The notes beneath the pieces are model-generated. The model worked only from the letters and a program-made list of their open reading frames with translations, did not search any database and was not told where the DNA came from. From Utricularia gibba (Eukaryota > Plantae > Magnoliophyta), in NCBI GenBank assembly GCA_002189035.1, contig CM007991.1, positions 4,526,001-4,590,000 on the forward strand: a DNA stretch of 64,000 nucleotides. The letters run 5' to 3'. Positions 1-13,463 of this stretch are shown here, piece by piece (position 1 is the stretch's first letter; every line of letters starts with the position of its first letter). The translations under genes and the position numbers were made by a program.

Positions 1-11
1 AAGATGAAGCA

Positions 12-1161
12 ATGGATGCCTTATACCAAGCCATTTCTGAACATCTATTTGATGATATTGCAGAGTGTCAATCAGCGAAAGAAATATGGGATACTCTCAA
101 ATCCCATTATGATAGTGATGTCAAACTCAGAGAGATAATATGCAAAAACAAGCTGGAGGACTTTGAGAGGAACAAAATGTTAGACAATAAAACCATACAA
201 GTCTATTATGAATGTACTGCGAAGCTTGTGAAGGAGATTCGAGGATTGGGGGAAAAACTTGAAGATAAAAAGGTGATTAGCAAGGCAATCTCGAGCCTAC
301 CTGCAAAATTCGAGCCAAAGTTATGTCCACTTGAGACAGAAAGAAAAATCCTTGACATTATTGAAGGAAAGCTCCATCAGTTGTATCCTGAATATCATGT
401 TACACCAAAGCCAACATTTAGAGAATTCATGATTGAGTTGCAATCAGAAAAGAGATTGGAACTCAGAGATGGTTATGAGGTTGAGAAAACTTATGGTGAA
501 GCTGCTCTCCTCACCAAAATGCAGAATATATATAAATTCATGTGCAACTAACAATGTCAAGGATGTCAAGTCAACAGACATCAAACAATCACCAACGTCA
601 ATCCCAACTTCAATCATGGGTAATCAGAAGTGTAGGCATTGTGATAAATCCAACCACAAGAGTGAAGATTGTTGGACTTTAAGCACAAATGCTTGCAAGC
701 ATTGCAACAAACAGAATCACAGGAGTGAGTTTTGTTGGTGGAAGCCTCATGCTTTGTGCATGAAATGCAATCAAAGAGGCCATCTTGACAAGGTATGTGG
801 AATGTTAAATCCAATCAAAGTTAATCATAACAAGAAAACTACTTCCAATGATGAAAAATCACATGCATCATTTACCTACTTTGAAGACGAGCCAGAAATA
901 TCTTTTGAAGATCCTTTTGATTATGAGTGTGCTCTAGTGACACTAGTCTCAGATGCTAAAGGCTGGTACTTGGATTCTGGTGCCTTCTATCATGTATGTT
1001 GTGATACAAGATCATTTTTCCAGCTTGAAAAGATTGGGAAGGAGGGAAGCATGTGCACGGGTGAAAATATTGGCATTGTGGGCAAAGGAAGCATTTTACT
1101 TATGCTAAAAGAAGGAACTGTTCAAGTTGATGATGTTTATTATTCACCAAACCTTAAATAG
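12..1161 (+). pseudogene. gag, three zinc knuckles and aspartic protease of copia A (frameshifted)
   Basis: ORF 12-551 has gag-like AKEIWDTLK. ORF 433-1161 has three CX2CX4HX4C motifs and the LDSGA protease motif. Confidence 0.85.
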
Positions 1162-1927
1162 AACCTATTGAGCTTTGGCCAATTGAGCAGACAAGGTTTT
1201 GACATTGAGCTGATGAAGGATGCTGGTGTTATAACCACTGAAGTTAAAGTTGCTAATCCAAAAACGAAAATTGAATTCCATGCTATGTTGACCCCACCTA
1301 CAACCTCTACCAAATTATGGTCAGTGATAAAAAAAAGTTGTATTTTCTCACTTTAGGATCAAAGCAGCCTTTGGCACAAACGTTTTGGGTACTATAGCTT
1401 CAACAATCAGAAAATATTGTAGAAGAATAAGGAAGTACTGGAATTGAAAGACATCAAGTTTGCTGGTGCCATATGTGAAGTGTGCCATCAAGGTAAAACA
1501 GTGTAGAAAGCCATTTTATTCTAGTGATTCAATAGCAAAGGAGAAATTAGAACTTTTGCATACAGATGTTTGTAGACCATTTAAGGATTGTTCATTGGGG
1601 GAGGGGGGAGTAGATATTTTGTTACATTCATTGATGATTATTCACGTTATTGTTGGGTTTACTTTCTTAAAAGCAAGTCAGAAGTTCCTCATATCTTTCG
1701 AAAATTCAAAGTGATGACTGAGAATCAGAGTGGATGCTCCTTAAAGATGATTAGGTCAGACAATGGAGGTGAACTCTACAATAATAGCATGAGAATGTTT
1801 TGTGAAAATAAGGGAATCATGCATCAATTCATAGTACTATATTCTTCACAACAAAATGGTATATGTGAAAGGATAAACAGAACAATTCTTGATATGTCAA
1901 GATGCCTATTGTTTGAGAAAGATCTTC

Positions 1928-3377
1928 TGTTAGTGTATGTGTTCTAGAGACAATCAACTCATTGGCAAATCTTATCTTTTGATATTTACTTTGAATTGTG
2001 ATCAAATTTATATCATTGATAAAATCCTCTACTTGATCTATGTGCTATAGAAATTATGATGAGATCATAATGTTAGATTCTTCAAGCACTCAAGATCAAG
2101 TTAAATCTCCCTGGCTAGAGTATTTGTGAAATGAGGATATCACAAATACGGATAAGCTGTCACACATTGAGTTCCCTAAACAGTTTAGGCAATGGTTCTC
2201 ACAATTGATGTAATGAGATTACTAGAACCTATGTGTGGGTGTCGATTAGAGAATCGATTCACTGGATGACTCATCTTCGAGATGCTACTATGGGAAGCTA
2301 ACCAAGTGTCAGTAGCAAGATCTCGAATATGACAGCCGTGCAAGTAAGCTTAGACTTGAGGTCAACAAAGTTATCTTGATCTTAAGCTCACAATTTCGTT
2401 CATTACTAATGTGAGCCTAACCATGGCTTGCCTAGTATGGATGACTAGGGATGTGACTCCTTAAGGTTGGAGATAGTTGATTGATTAATAAAGGATTCAT
2501 CACTCATGTTAGCAATGAGATCATATCTCAAGTAATTGCATCAAAGCCTAACAGTAAGTCCTGGGCCCAGGGTAATGACACTCGAATTGTTTGAGTAGGT
2601 CATTGAGTGTTAGTGCTTGAATACAATTATAAGTTCGATACATAAAAAAGACACACACCCATGTTTTGGTACCGAATGAGATATAAGTATGATGAAAGCT
2701 GTTCATTACATGGTGGCTGGTCATGAAAAGACTCAATCAGTTCACCTGATTATTCTTTAATTTTGGGGATCATGATATATTGCTAAACATCACTCATGAT
2801 CGATAATGATGGATTTGATTAATTAAGAGTTAATTAATAAATCCATTATTACGGCCTTGATTGAGGAAGCCTATAGGGTCACACACAATAGTGGAGTCAC
2901 TCATCGATATAAAATAGAATGACACAATTACATGAGATGTAATTGGTAAAGTGGATAAATTAAATAGAGAATTATTTTGAGATTAATATTGATTAAACTC
3001 AAAATAAAAGATCTCATATAGATATGATTTGATATGTCAAAAATATCTATAAAATAGATTTAGATCTTGAGATCTGCTCCAAGGTCTTCGTGCTCTCTGA
3101 GACTAATCCACAAGGAGGCGTTTTTCTCTACTAGCACTTGAGAAATTCGACCAGCATTCAAAAACCTTGAGAAGGTTATCGACGGAGTGCTCCACGTGTG
3201 GATACCATAGAGGCCGTCTGCTATTGGCGGTTGGTGAACAACGGAGTCATCTGAAAGGTACTTTGAACATCCCTATGTCTGATGTATACCGTATTCCAAG
3301 ATCTGCGTTGGGGGTTTCTCAAAATTTTTAAAATTCCACTGTTATTGAGACATACGATATCTACGAGAAACCCAACA
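1928..3377 (+). mobile_element. Solo LTR (1450 bp, Angela-like copia family) inserted in the integrase of copia A
   Basis: Termini TGTTAG...CCAACA, perfect 5-bp TSD TCTTC (1923-1927 and 3378-3382). Removing it restores [18 protein letters not shown]. Homologous to 42289-43781 in reverse. Lineage assignment is from recalled LTR style only. Confidence 0.93.
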
Positions 3378-4309
3378 TCTTCCTATAAATTTTTGGGCTG
3401 AAGCGGTATCTACATCTGTATATCTATTGAACTTGCTTCCTTCCAGGGCGATTAGTGGATAAATTGCCCATGAAAAATGGCATGGTTATATTAAAAAGGT
3501 TGATTATCTCAGAATCTTTGGTAGTTTGTGTTTTACTCATATACTTGACCAAAAACAAGGAAAACTTGATAAGAAACCTGTATCTGGTGTATTTGTTGAT
3601 TATAGCAACACTACAAAGGGATATAAAGTTTATATACTTGACCAGAAGAAATTCATCTTTAGTCATGATATCTCTTTTGATGAAGGTGCAAAGTACACTT
3701 TGATTGATGATTGCATTTCTCTGAATGATGCAGAACCTCATAAAAAACTTGAAGGGCATAACACTCACGTGAAAGGTGACCTTTGGACACACATGCCTCA
3801 AAACATCTCTTCTAGGAATTCATCAAACCCAGAAACTGAAGATAGAATTGAAAATATACAAGTGAATGAGAACTCAAAATCAACTTCTGAACTCTTCCAT
3901 GAGGATTTAAATCAAGTAAATGATTAGTATTCAGATGAGAATTTCCCACCTCTAGAAGAGGAGAAGGTTTCAAATGAAGATGACTCACCCAATGAGAATT
4001 CAGGATCAATCTCAGAACCCTTATATGAACAATCACATCAGGCCAATGATCAATTTTTCATATGGGAATTTCGAAGTCCCAGAAGAGGAGCAAGGCACGA
4101 ATGCAAAAGAATTATTAATAGATGAATCTGATGGAGGGGAACCTGATACTGATTATAAAGATTATTACCCATCTGATCGTGATTGGCAAGGAAGGAAACG
4201 CAAAAACATCAGAGATTCAATAGATAATGAAGATAGTCATGTTACTGACATAAGACGAAGCAAAAGAAATAAGGCTCCTACAATAATGATGATGTTCAAG
4301 ATGCTATAG

Positions 4310-5760
4310 CAGATATTTTGGCTGAATTATTGACAGGAGATCCAACATCATTTGAAGTGGCTGTACAAAATCCGAAATGGAGAGATTTCATGAAGGAAGA
4401 AATGAATTCTATACTTGAAAATGAAACATGAGAGTTAGTTGATAAACCCAATGATAGGGGTTTCAAATCTATTGGCCTCTAGTGGTTATTCAAAACCAAG
4501 ATGAATGCATATGACTCTGTTAAAAATATAAGGCTAGATTAGTAGCCAATGGATATAATCAGATCAAAGGAATAAATTTCATGAGATTTTTGCACCAGTA
4601 GCAAGATTTGATACGATTAAAGTACTTCTTGCCATTTCAACTGCTCATGGATGGAAAGTACATCACAGACAAAATATTGAAGCTAAAGAAATCTCTCTAT
4701 GGGTTGAAGCAAGATCCTGGAGTATGGAATAAATGCATGGATAACTTTCTCCAGGATATTGGTTTCAGAAAATCATATAGTGATTACTCACTGTATGTTA
4801 AAGGAAAGAGAGATGAGCATTTATTTGTTACCCTATATGTGGATGATCTTATGATTACCTCCGGTGATGAAAGGAAGATTGAAGAATTCAAAGCTCTACT
4901 CAAAAATGAATTCAAGATGACTGACCTTGGAATGATGTCCTACTATCTAGGCATGGAAATTCATCAACTTTCAGGTGTTGGAACATTCATATCTCAAAAG
5001 AAGTACTGTAATGAACTTCTTGAAAGGTTTGGGTTCAAAGATGTCAATCCTTCAAAAACGCCTTTGGATTACAAACAAGTGATTGGAGAGAACAATCAGG
5101 GAAAGAATGTGGATGCCAATACTTATAAAAGTATGATAATCTCCAGCATACAAGGCCTGACTTGTGTTTTTGTGTAAATGTCTTATCTCGTTTCCTCAAC
5201 AAACAAACAACAACTCACATGGCAGCTATGAAAAGAGCTTTCAGGTACATAAAATCTACTACTAATTTCGGATTATTCTACCCCTATGAAAGTGAAAAAC
5301 CAGTCTTGAAACTTAGAGCATACTCAAATAGTGATTATGGTATGGTTGAAGATAGCAAGAGTACATCTGGTGCACTCTTCTTCTTAAATAAGAGCCCTAT
5401 AGTCTGGTTTTCAAAGAAACAAAAGGTGGTAGCACAATGAACAGCTGAAGCAGAATACATCTTAGCAGCACATGCTTCGAACTATTGTGTTTGGTTGAGA
5501 TAGATATTGAACGAACTTGGATTCATACAAAAGGAAGCGACACATCTGCCTATGGATAATTGAGTTGCAATCTCCATTGCCAAGGATCCAACAAACTTCA
5601 GCAAAGCCAACACATAAGAATAAGGTATCATGTCATAAGGAATTACATCAAGGAAAAGAAGATCAAAGTGTAGTATGTTGAGAGTGGGAATTAGCTTGCT
5701 GATGGGCTCACCAAAGGCTTGAACAGAGTTCAGTTTGAGCTAGTAAGGAAGAACATGAAT
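4310..5760 (+). pseudogene. Reverse transcriptase and RNase H remnants of copia A
   Basis: ORFs 4608-5177 (KLKKSLYGLKQDPGVW, TLYVDDLMIT, FKMTDLG) and 5162-5440 (AYSNSDY, STSGALFF, WFSKKQKVVA), followed by degenerate HIRIRYH and LADGLTKGL. Confidence 0.88.
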
Positions 5761-5804
5761 CTCATGACTATGAAAGATTTTCTCAAGTTGGGAGATCTCG
5801 GTCT

Positions 5805-6120
5805 GAGGGGGAGTGTTGGAGATCAGCCTCAATCCAAAGACTGAAGGTGATTGGAAGCATTAATCTTATCATGAATTCATGTTCCAGTTAAAAAGGTGTT
5901 GGGTTTGAGTTGTTGCGCTCTTTATATGTATTTTTATTCATTGTGGCCCATTTTTGGGTAACCTAGGTATCACGTATTTATATACCCTACTAGGAACTCG
6001 TGTATTTTAGGTTTTCGGTCATTCTTATTGTTCATGAGTCGTTTTTCATCCAAGATGATCTCATGAGAATTATCCCTTTGTTTCTTCCCAAGACTCTATC
6101 TTTCTTGCATCAGCAATTCA
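5805..6120 (+). repeat. PPT and 3' LTR of copia A
   Basis: gagggggag immediately followed by TGTTGG. The LTR end near 6120 (...aattCA) is approximate because the 5' LTR is not in the window. Confidence 0.65.
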
Positions 6121-6199
6121 GAGTTCCTTTGCAAAGGAACATGTAAATCTATGGAAGGATTTTTTTGTTTGGGAAATAATTTAATTGATTAAAAACCGA

Positions 6200-6830
6200 G
6201 CAAGAATCAGAGCTTCTACAGTCTAGAGGGAAGCCTTAAAACAATTTACTTTCAAAATCTCTTACACAGAGGCTATTCATCTTCATACAAGCTTATGAGA
6301 TTGTGTACGATACTTGGTAAGATTCTATAAAAAAACTACTTAAGTACTTGCGAGAAGTGGAGAGGCAAAATCTTGGATCTATCGTAATTTGGAAGAATGG
6401 CAAGGATAATAGGAGAGGATAGGTTCTGCACTACGTGTTTTGAGTATTTGCGTTTTATATTGCTGCATACAAACATTGTCGCCTAGTTATATAAGACGAT
6501 GGAACATATTTGTATGATCAATCTAAATACAAAAATGTCCATGCCATGAATGTTGGTGAACATACTCTTCCATTATCCTATGCCTTAGTTGACGAAGAGT
6601 TAGGTCCCACATGAACTTAGTTTTTAGAGTTATTACAAGTTCATATTATATGTGGTCGTCATTCAACATGCTTAATTAGTAATAAAGGTTCTGGATTGTT
6701 GGCCACCTTGGATGTGGTCCCTTGCTTTCGACCACCATATGAATATTATTGATTTTTCCTTCAACATGTATAATTCAATTGTCTCACACACAACAAGAGT
6801 AAGTATTTTCATGGTTTGATCTGGCTGCAA
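6200..6830 (+). mobile_element. Mutator (MULE/MuDR) transposase relic
   Basis: Degenerate translation DDGTYLY...HTLPLSYALVDEE...FLELL...CLISNKGSGLL matches the MULE DDE core pattern DGTHLYGKY...FPLAFAIVE.E..SW.WFL...IISD. Confidence 0.75.
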
Positions 6831-7429
6831 GTGTAATGCCACGTGTCAAGGAAAGCATAAGATTGCATAAATCCAACACTAGACCCAACATTGGTTACAC
6901 ATTCTTTTGATTTTCCTCTTTAAATTTGCATCTAGAAAAGTATAATTAAATTTGCAATTTTCGCGATATATCATATTTGTCTGTATAAAAATTTTCTTAG
7001 CAAAACTACAAGACATAAGTCTTATACCTAAGATTCAACAAACAAGAAACATCCATAACACTATGAATTATACTTCAATATTTTATAAACTTATCGTTTA
7101 TCTTAAATGCAATCTCTCTTGTCATCTTATCTTCATATCAAACTAATTTCATATGATTTAGGAAAATACAAATTTCTTGTAAAATATTATGTACCTATAA
7201 TCAGTTTAGCAACAATTAAAATATATTCAATTTGTTAAAAAAATGATAATGGGATATGTGATGTTCCAAATAATTTGGTAGTATCATTAAAAAATATATA
7301 GTTTGCACAATGTTTGGATGCATTCAATCAATCACTTTCAAACAAATTAATCTTGTATTTTGATTCTTTTTACTACAATCTATAAAAAACATACTTATAA
7401 GTTATATCACTTTCAAAAATACAAATCTT

Positions 7430-7770
7430 GAGTTTCATCGAGTTAAGGATCTAAAAATAATATTTAATGCCAAAATTTAAGTTGATGAGATTTATTTTCA
7501 AACCTTACTTCTTTTTTGTTTTGTAGCCCAATAGACTATACTTTCACGAATTTTCCCAATTTGTTTACCAATAATAAACAAACCATTTTGCACAAGTAAA
7601 CTTAAAATATGGAGAGTACCGCATGTGTACACATTATTCAACATTAACAAAGTAGTAAAAGATTGATCATGCATCAATTCTGTAGCATTAGTATTTATTG
7701 AACAATTATCAAAGGTAAGATATATATATATATATATGTCAATATTCCAATCTATTAATAAATTAAGCAA
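7430..7770 (-). mobile_element. hAT (Ac/Tam3-like) transposase relic
   Basis: ORF 7498-7770: LTFDNCSINT...CGTLHILSLLVQNGLFIIGKQIGKIRESIVYW resembles ITLDN.S.N...RC.AHILNLIVQDGL...KIRESV.YW. Contains a (TA)n microsatellite at 7720-7737. Confidence 0.75.
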
Positions 7771-8409
7771 ATATTCATATATGATTTATTTATCATGTGG
7801 AGTTGAAATCAGTATTTTAACAATACGTCCGAGTCATTGTTAATATAAAAAGACAATTGTATCTTTTTTTATCAATAATTAAAAAATTATTCTTTTCTTC
7901 TTTAAATTTTCAAGATTCAACTCTCTTGTTTTATCTATGAAAAACGATGTTCAAAGAAAAAATCATTATGTGATACTTCAACACAATAAAAACAACCAAA
8001 GGAAAGATCCAAACCTACAATCAAAGTATCTATAATTAACTTAATATACCAACAACTGACCAATAAAGTAACATAGAGCAAATTTTTCTCTTTCAATTTT
8101 TTAGAATTTTTGTATGACCATTATTTATATCTTATTGAATAGCTAATAATTCAATTTTAAAGCATGTAATGATTTTTTTCCAAGTCTTAACATTGTCTAC
8201 TTTTATATATTAAATTTCAAGCAGTATGATATCATAATGTGTTGGTTGCTCATTTTATATTTCATTAGGTTAAATAGGAAATTGATGTCCATGTAGTCTC
8301 TTTTGAATCTAATTGATATTGTTGAAAAAGATTAGATAATACATGGAACTTTGTTATTAAGATAGAAAAAAATAGTAAGAAATTACTGATTTGTTCATTT
8401 TATGATAAA

Positions 8410-9060
8410 TCAATGGTTGGTGTTGGAATTCATAGAATAAAATTACACATTGCAGGTAGAAAAGATAATGTTACATTATGGCAAAAAAATCCTTTGAATG
8501 TCATTAAAAAAATAGGAAAATTACTCAAAGTAACAACCAATGCTTATGTTAAGAGAAAGCTAGTTCTTAGTTGTCCTTTTGTTGAAAGTACAATAGACAT
8601 TGATGTGAATTACATGGAACACATTAAAGAGGAAACTGTTATAGTAAGAATTAATGGCATTAACAAAATAATATTATTTATTAGGAGTTAAACGACTATA
8701 GTTAGATTTTAGTTCAAAATAGAGGCAACAATTAGAACTCAAATATTAGTTACTAAATTTTTCATAATACCTACATTTAAATCAATGCAGTGAATTCTAT
8801 ACATTTTGAACAAATGATTAGTTGTAGCCATATGAGGTTAATATTTTTATGCCACGAAATTATCACTATCTTCCCCTTCAATTACTTAGAAGTGTTAAGA
8901 AAAACTTGAGCTATGGATTGATGGAATTTGAAGTGCATGGAAAGAAAAATGTTGCACTATCATGGAAGATAATTGGACAGATGCACAGAAATTGATAAAC
9001 TTCTTGATTTATTGTCTTTGAAATATCGTATTTTATCGATCTGTAGATTTTTAGATATAT
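8410..9060 (+). mobile_element. Second hAT transposase relic (BED-finger and DUF659-like fragments)
   Basis: GVGIHRIKLHIAGRKDNV (BED-type GGI.R.K.HLA) and WKEKCCTIMEDNWTD...LINFLIYC (W...GCSIMSDGWTD...LINFLVYC). Confidence 0.65.
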
Positions 9061-11574
9061 TTATTGTTTCAGCATTGTTTTATCTTTTTAAACAACTTGT
9101 CGAATGGATAGGATCTTTTTAAACAAGTTTCGCAATTATGGGAGTGAGTTATTTTTTTTTTTATACTAAATTTGTATTTGCATTCGATCGTTAGGTGTTG
9201 TTTGTATCTAATGTTCGATGGTTATGTATTGTTTCGAACTCTAACACATGACAGATAATGTCTGGCCAATAAAGAATATCAAAGGATTACCCGAAATAAA
9301 AAATAATTCAATTACATAAAGAAAATAAATTGCACTTAATTCAAGTAACACATATCATTTGTTGTGATTTTTGATTGATCTTAGAAAAATCATTATTTTA
9401 ATATTATTCTCTAACTCCATGAAAGCTTCATGACACGAAGCTTTTGTGAATGTTATGGAGGCTGCAACGCCTAAATTAGGATATTTTTTTCACTTCAGAA
9501 AGTTGTCTAACAATTTTTATGCAATGACATAAGGTTAGAGTGCTAGTACCTTGATTTACCAATGAATTAAACCTATTAATAGTAGTTGAGATAGATTAAA
9601 AAGTATCGGCCATTTTGATTGTAGTGTCAAGTACTACTCTCCTTTGTTTCTTGTGACTTATTAGAGGTAATGGCATAGGAACATCTAGCAGGATTTGGCA
9701 TGAGCTTGGATTCACAGGGGTAGATACCATAGAATCTTAGGGGTCAACATCATTTGTTGTAATTGATGAAATCAGACTATATAAACCTCCAAACATGGTA
9801 TTTTCTTCTAGCTCTATGTCCACAAATTCTTCTATGGTAGAATAATGACTTATGTTCTTATGTAGGGGTGAATGACTTGTACTCGTATGATATGGTGCTC
9901 TTAGGGGAATTTTCCCTATTTCCATATACCAAGCTGAAGAAGCCATTGTAATTATAAGAGGGAAAATAACTTTTTGCTGATCAGCAAATGGTGGGGGGGG
10001 GGGGGCTTTTTTGAATTTTCAACATCTCACGTGTACCTAAATAAAATTAACGTACTAAATTATCATTACAATATAGCTCATATCATGACATTATAACTAA
10101 AAAGTTAGCATATTTTAACCTTTTATATTATATCCTACCACTTATCATCACCTTCAATTATTTTAAATATTTCATTCCATTCTGCTCCACACTCTTCTTG
10201 GAAACTCCTTCACTTGTTTGTGATTTGCTTTTTAGTAAAATCATGACTAGTATTGCTTGAGTTCTTTAATTATAGCAGATCAACCTTGAGGATCGAAACT
10301 TGTACCAGTTATATTCCCAAATTGTACTTGTTTCACAAAAACATTAACTAAAACTTCAAAATTGATTATATCTTTACACAAACCATTCTCTTCAGCCATT
10401 TGCCTGCAATAACAATTATATTAGAATCATAAAGTTTTTTGTGACACTAATAATTGAAAGAAACCTGTCAAATTGTTATCTAAGTTTAATTAACTAGATG
10501 AAGAATACACGCATTGATTTTATTGAGAATACAAAGGGGAGCAAATACTAAAAACAAACAAACAAAAAAAATCATTATCAAAATAATCTTTAAAATCATA
10601 AAAACTATAGAATGAGCATTTATATGAAGATTTACAGGTTAAATACTGAATTTCAACATCTAATAACACAATTGAATGAACTTACGCAGAAATAACTTTT
10701 GAAGAGTAAGTGATAATCAGTGGAGGAGAAAAGAAGATAGAAGATGAAATCCTAGCATAAATGTCTATAATTTTTTGATAAAAATGTCAATATCCTAGAA
10801 ATATGAAATTTTGATAATTATAATAATTTAATTGATTTGAAAAAAAAGAATAAATATGTTTTTCATACTTATAAACTTAACTTATAAATAACTTAAAAAC
10901 ATTAATTTAAAATCACTTATAAGTAGTTAACAAAATATTTGTATATAAATTATAAGCAATTTATATTCAATTAAAAGAGCTTATAATCAATAGAAAACAC
11001 CCCCATTGACAAAATTATGATTATTTATATCTAGTTTTTAATTGTATATTTTTATCAAAAATCAATTTCTTATGATCAATATTAACACTATCCTTTCAAA
11101 TATCTTACGTTTTACTTCTTATTTAAAATTTGTTGAATAAAATGACATGCAACAATAATCTTGAAGCATTATGTAGAGCAAATTTCTCTATCTTTTCATC
11201 ATTTAATATGACAATAATTAAATATATTTATTATCAAATGTAGAATGTAATAAATAAGAATTAAGATAGTTTGGATAATAAAGCTTTTAGGAAGTGGTAT
11301 TTCCCCAATGGTTGACATATTATCAACTGTACAATGTAATAAATAAGAATAAAAATAATATTAATTCGATAAAAAATAATATAAAACAAAAACATTTTAA
11401 AAACTTAACCTTATTCTAGAAACATTACCATCAATTACGGAATTATCATTCTTAAAACCAGATCCTAGTATTTTTAACTTACATCAAACTAGAAATCAAC
11501 CAGTTACAAGGCATATTCTATGAATACTAAAAATAATTTAATCTTTACATATTTTAGATGTCGAATAAGTAAGG

Positions 11575-13029
11575 TGATGACACACATTTTTCCTAAAATT
11601 CATAATGCAAAATAGTTATATTTTATTATGGTTTAGGTTAGATAAATGTGGTTTTTCATGCTTTAGTGGTGTTTATGTTAATCCTATGTGATTATGTTGA
11701 AAAGTGGACTAAATCCTTTGATTTAGTCCACAACTCTTGTTACTGATGTTTCAGTAAGTTCAGCAGGGAGATGAGCCGAAAATCAGACTTGCAAGCGTGT
11801 AAAACGAGCGAAAAAGGGCACAAAATCCGGAGAAGGACAAAGGGCATTGTTCTGCTGCCACCGCAGTCTGCAAGTTCAGTCCAGGAGCAGTACTAGCGGT
11901 CAGGAACATTACTGGCAGTCAGAAACAGTACTGGCAGTCAGGAACAGTACTGACAGTCAGAAACAGTGCAATGGAGTGAAGCAAAAGAAAAGGAAATTAA
12001 TTCAAAAAAAGGAAGAAGAGCGCGAAGAAGCGAACAGTAAGGGGACTCAAGGGGGTCTTCTTCCCCAACGGGAAAAACACCAACCAGGAGAGGGAAGGGA
12101 GGCCTCTATCATCAAGAACAGCACCGAAGCCCAGTCCAGCACTACTGTTCCGGGCGGTGAACAGTAGCTAGCGGGCGGAAAAACAATATCTATTTGCTTT
12201 CCTTTTTTCTGAACATTTCAAGTTTCTATATTTGACTTGTTATAATGTTTCTGCCATTTAGGCCAGCTTATATGAATGAAATCGTGTTTTATTTCCAAAG
12301 GATGAGTGGCTAGAGTCTTAGGGATGCCTTAAGGTGAAGTGGGGTGGTATGTGCTTAGGTTGATAATGAAATTTAGTTGTCTTCCTTAACTCTTGCTTCT
12401 AACAAACCATGGGTAGACCTAAGAAGGGAAGCAAGTAGTTTCACAACTTAGATGCTTAGTTTAGAGGTAGACCAACAAACCAAGACGGGAGCAGTCGGTG
12501 TTAGTCTAGGGTAGAACCAGTAGAACCGGATAGACCTAGTTCTATATGCCTTGCATGCAGGTAGACCTAATTGCAATGAGGGTTATGACATTGAGGACTA
12601 GCTTAAGCCAGAAATATGATGAATGACCTGGGTAGACTTAGGTTATTTGAAATTGTGAGTGTAGGTAGATGATAAATTAAGTTAGGAAGCTTAACATAAC
12701 ACCACCCGCAGACCCTTAAGGCATCCTCATATTAGTTGGAGTCAAAACCAGTACCTGTTACATTAGCATAGAAACTTGATATTGCTTACCTACCTTGTTT
12801 ACTGAACTTGTTTACAACTGTTAGTCCGAGCTTAGACTAAAACCTACTGTTATCCGAAATCTTGCATCTACTAAAATACTTAGCAAGCACAAACTTTTCG
12901 TGATCGACCCCGATACTCACTATACAAGTTTTCTAAATTTGTATTTTGTGTAGATTAGGGATTATAAATTTATTTGATACGGATTTTCCATTTTTATTTG
13001 CAACGATATTAGGAAATTTTCGTTTATCA
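11575..13029 (+). mobile_element. Solo LTR (1455 bp, Ty3/gypsy Athila/Tat-like)
   Basis: Termini TGAT...ATCA with perfect 5-bp TSD TAAGG (11570-11574 and 13030-13034). No PBS, PPT or coding region adjacent. Confidence 0.88.
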
Positions 13030-13463
13030 TAAGGTTACAAAAGTTTCATTTTTTAAACCATTTTTTCATTCCACTTTAAGGATATCATTTGGAGAACTTT
13101 ATATATCCTACCTTTCTTAAACTTTCATTTTTTATAACAATGATGGAACGCTTCCCCTAGAGTTGGAAATTTCTACTTGTGGGTATTGAAATAACATGAA
13201 TAAGACAATAGGGTTTGAACAAGAGAGGGATACAAATTAGGAAAGAAGACTAAAGAGATTATATTTCAATAAGATTTGTACTCGAATTTGGGCTTGGGCA
13301 TGAAGGACTTAAATTAAATTACTTGATGTTATATATAACTGTTATGTGTATTTAAGAATTTTTAATTTTTTTCAAGAGATCTTCATAACAATAAATAGAT
13401 AGTAGTTTTGTGAAAAACAAGAAAAAGATAACTAGTAACAATGAAAAGCATGAAAATTAGGAA

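Larger units (their letters stand above)
1..6120 (+). mobile_element. Degenerate Ty1/copia LTR retrotransposon A (5' end outside window, interrupted by a solo LTR)
   Basis: Copia domain order: gag (12-551), CCHC knuckles and protease WYLDSGAFYHVC (433-1161), integrase ([47 protein letters not shown]), RT (LKKSLYGLKQ, LYVDDL), RNase H to about 5760, PPT gagggggag 5805-5813, 3' LTR from TGTTGG at 5814 to about 6120. Many stops and frameshifts. Confidence 0.92.

Noticed and set aside
3974-4309. Acidic/basic ORF that might be an extra retrotransposon gene
   Set aside because: Sits in the integrase-RT linker of copia A, where low-complexity sequence is normal.
9400-9950. Possible hAT dimerisation-domain remnant on the minus strand (YPNL...ASCHESF)
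   Set aside because: Match too degenerate to support without a search.
9993-10005. G13 homopolymer, possible G-quadruplex
   Set aside because: Isolated run in intergenic DNA, and its length is unreliable given the suspected homopolymer errors.
11847-12167. 106-aa ORF with short Ser/Thr repeats
   Set aside because: Lies inside the solo LTR and derives from short cagta(c/g) tandem repeats. It has an alternative start codon and no domain.
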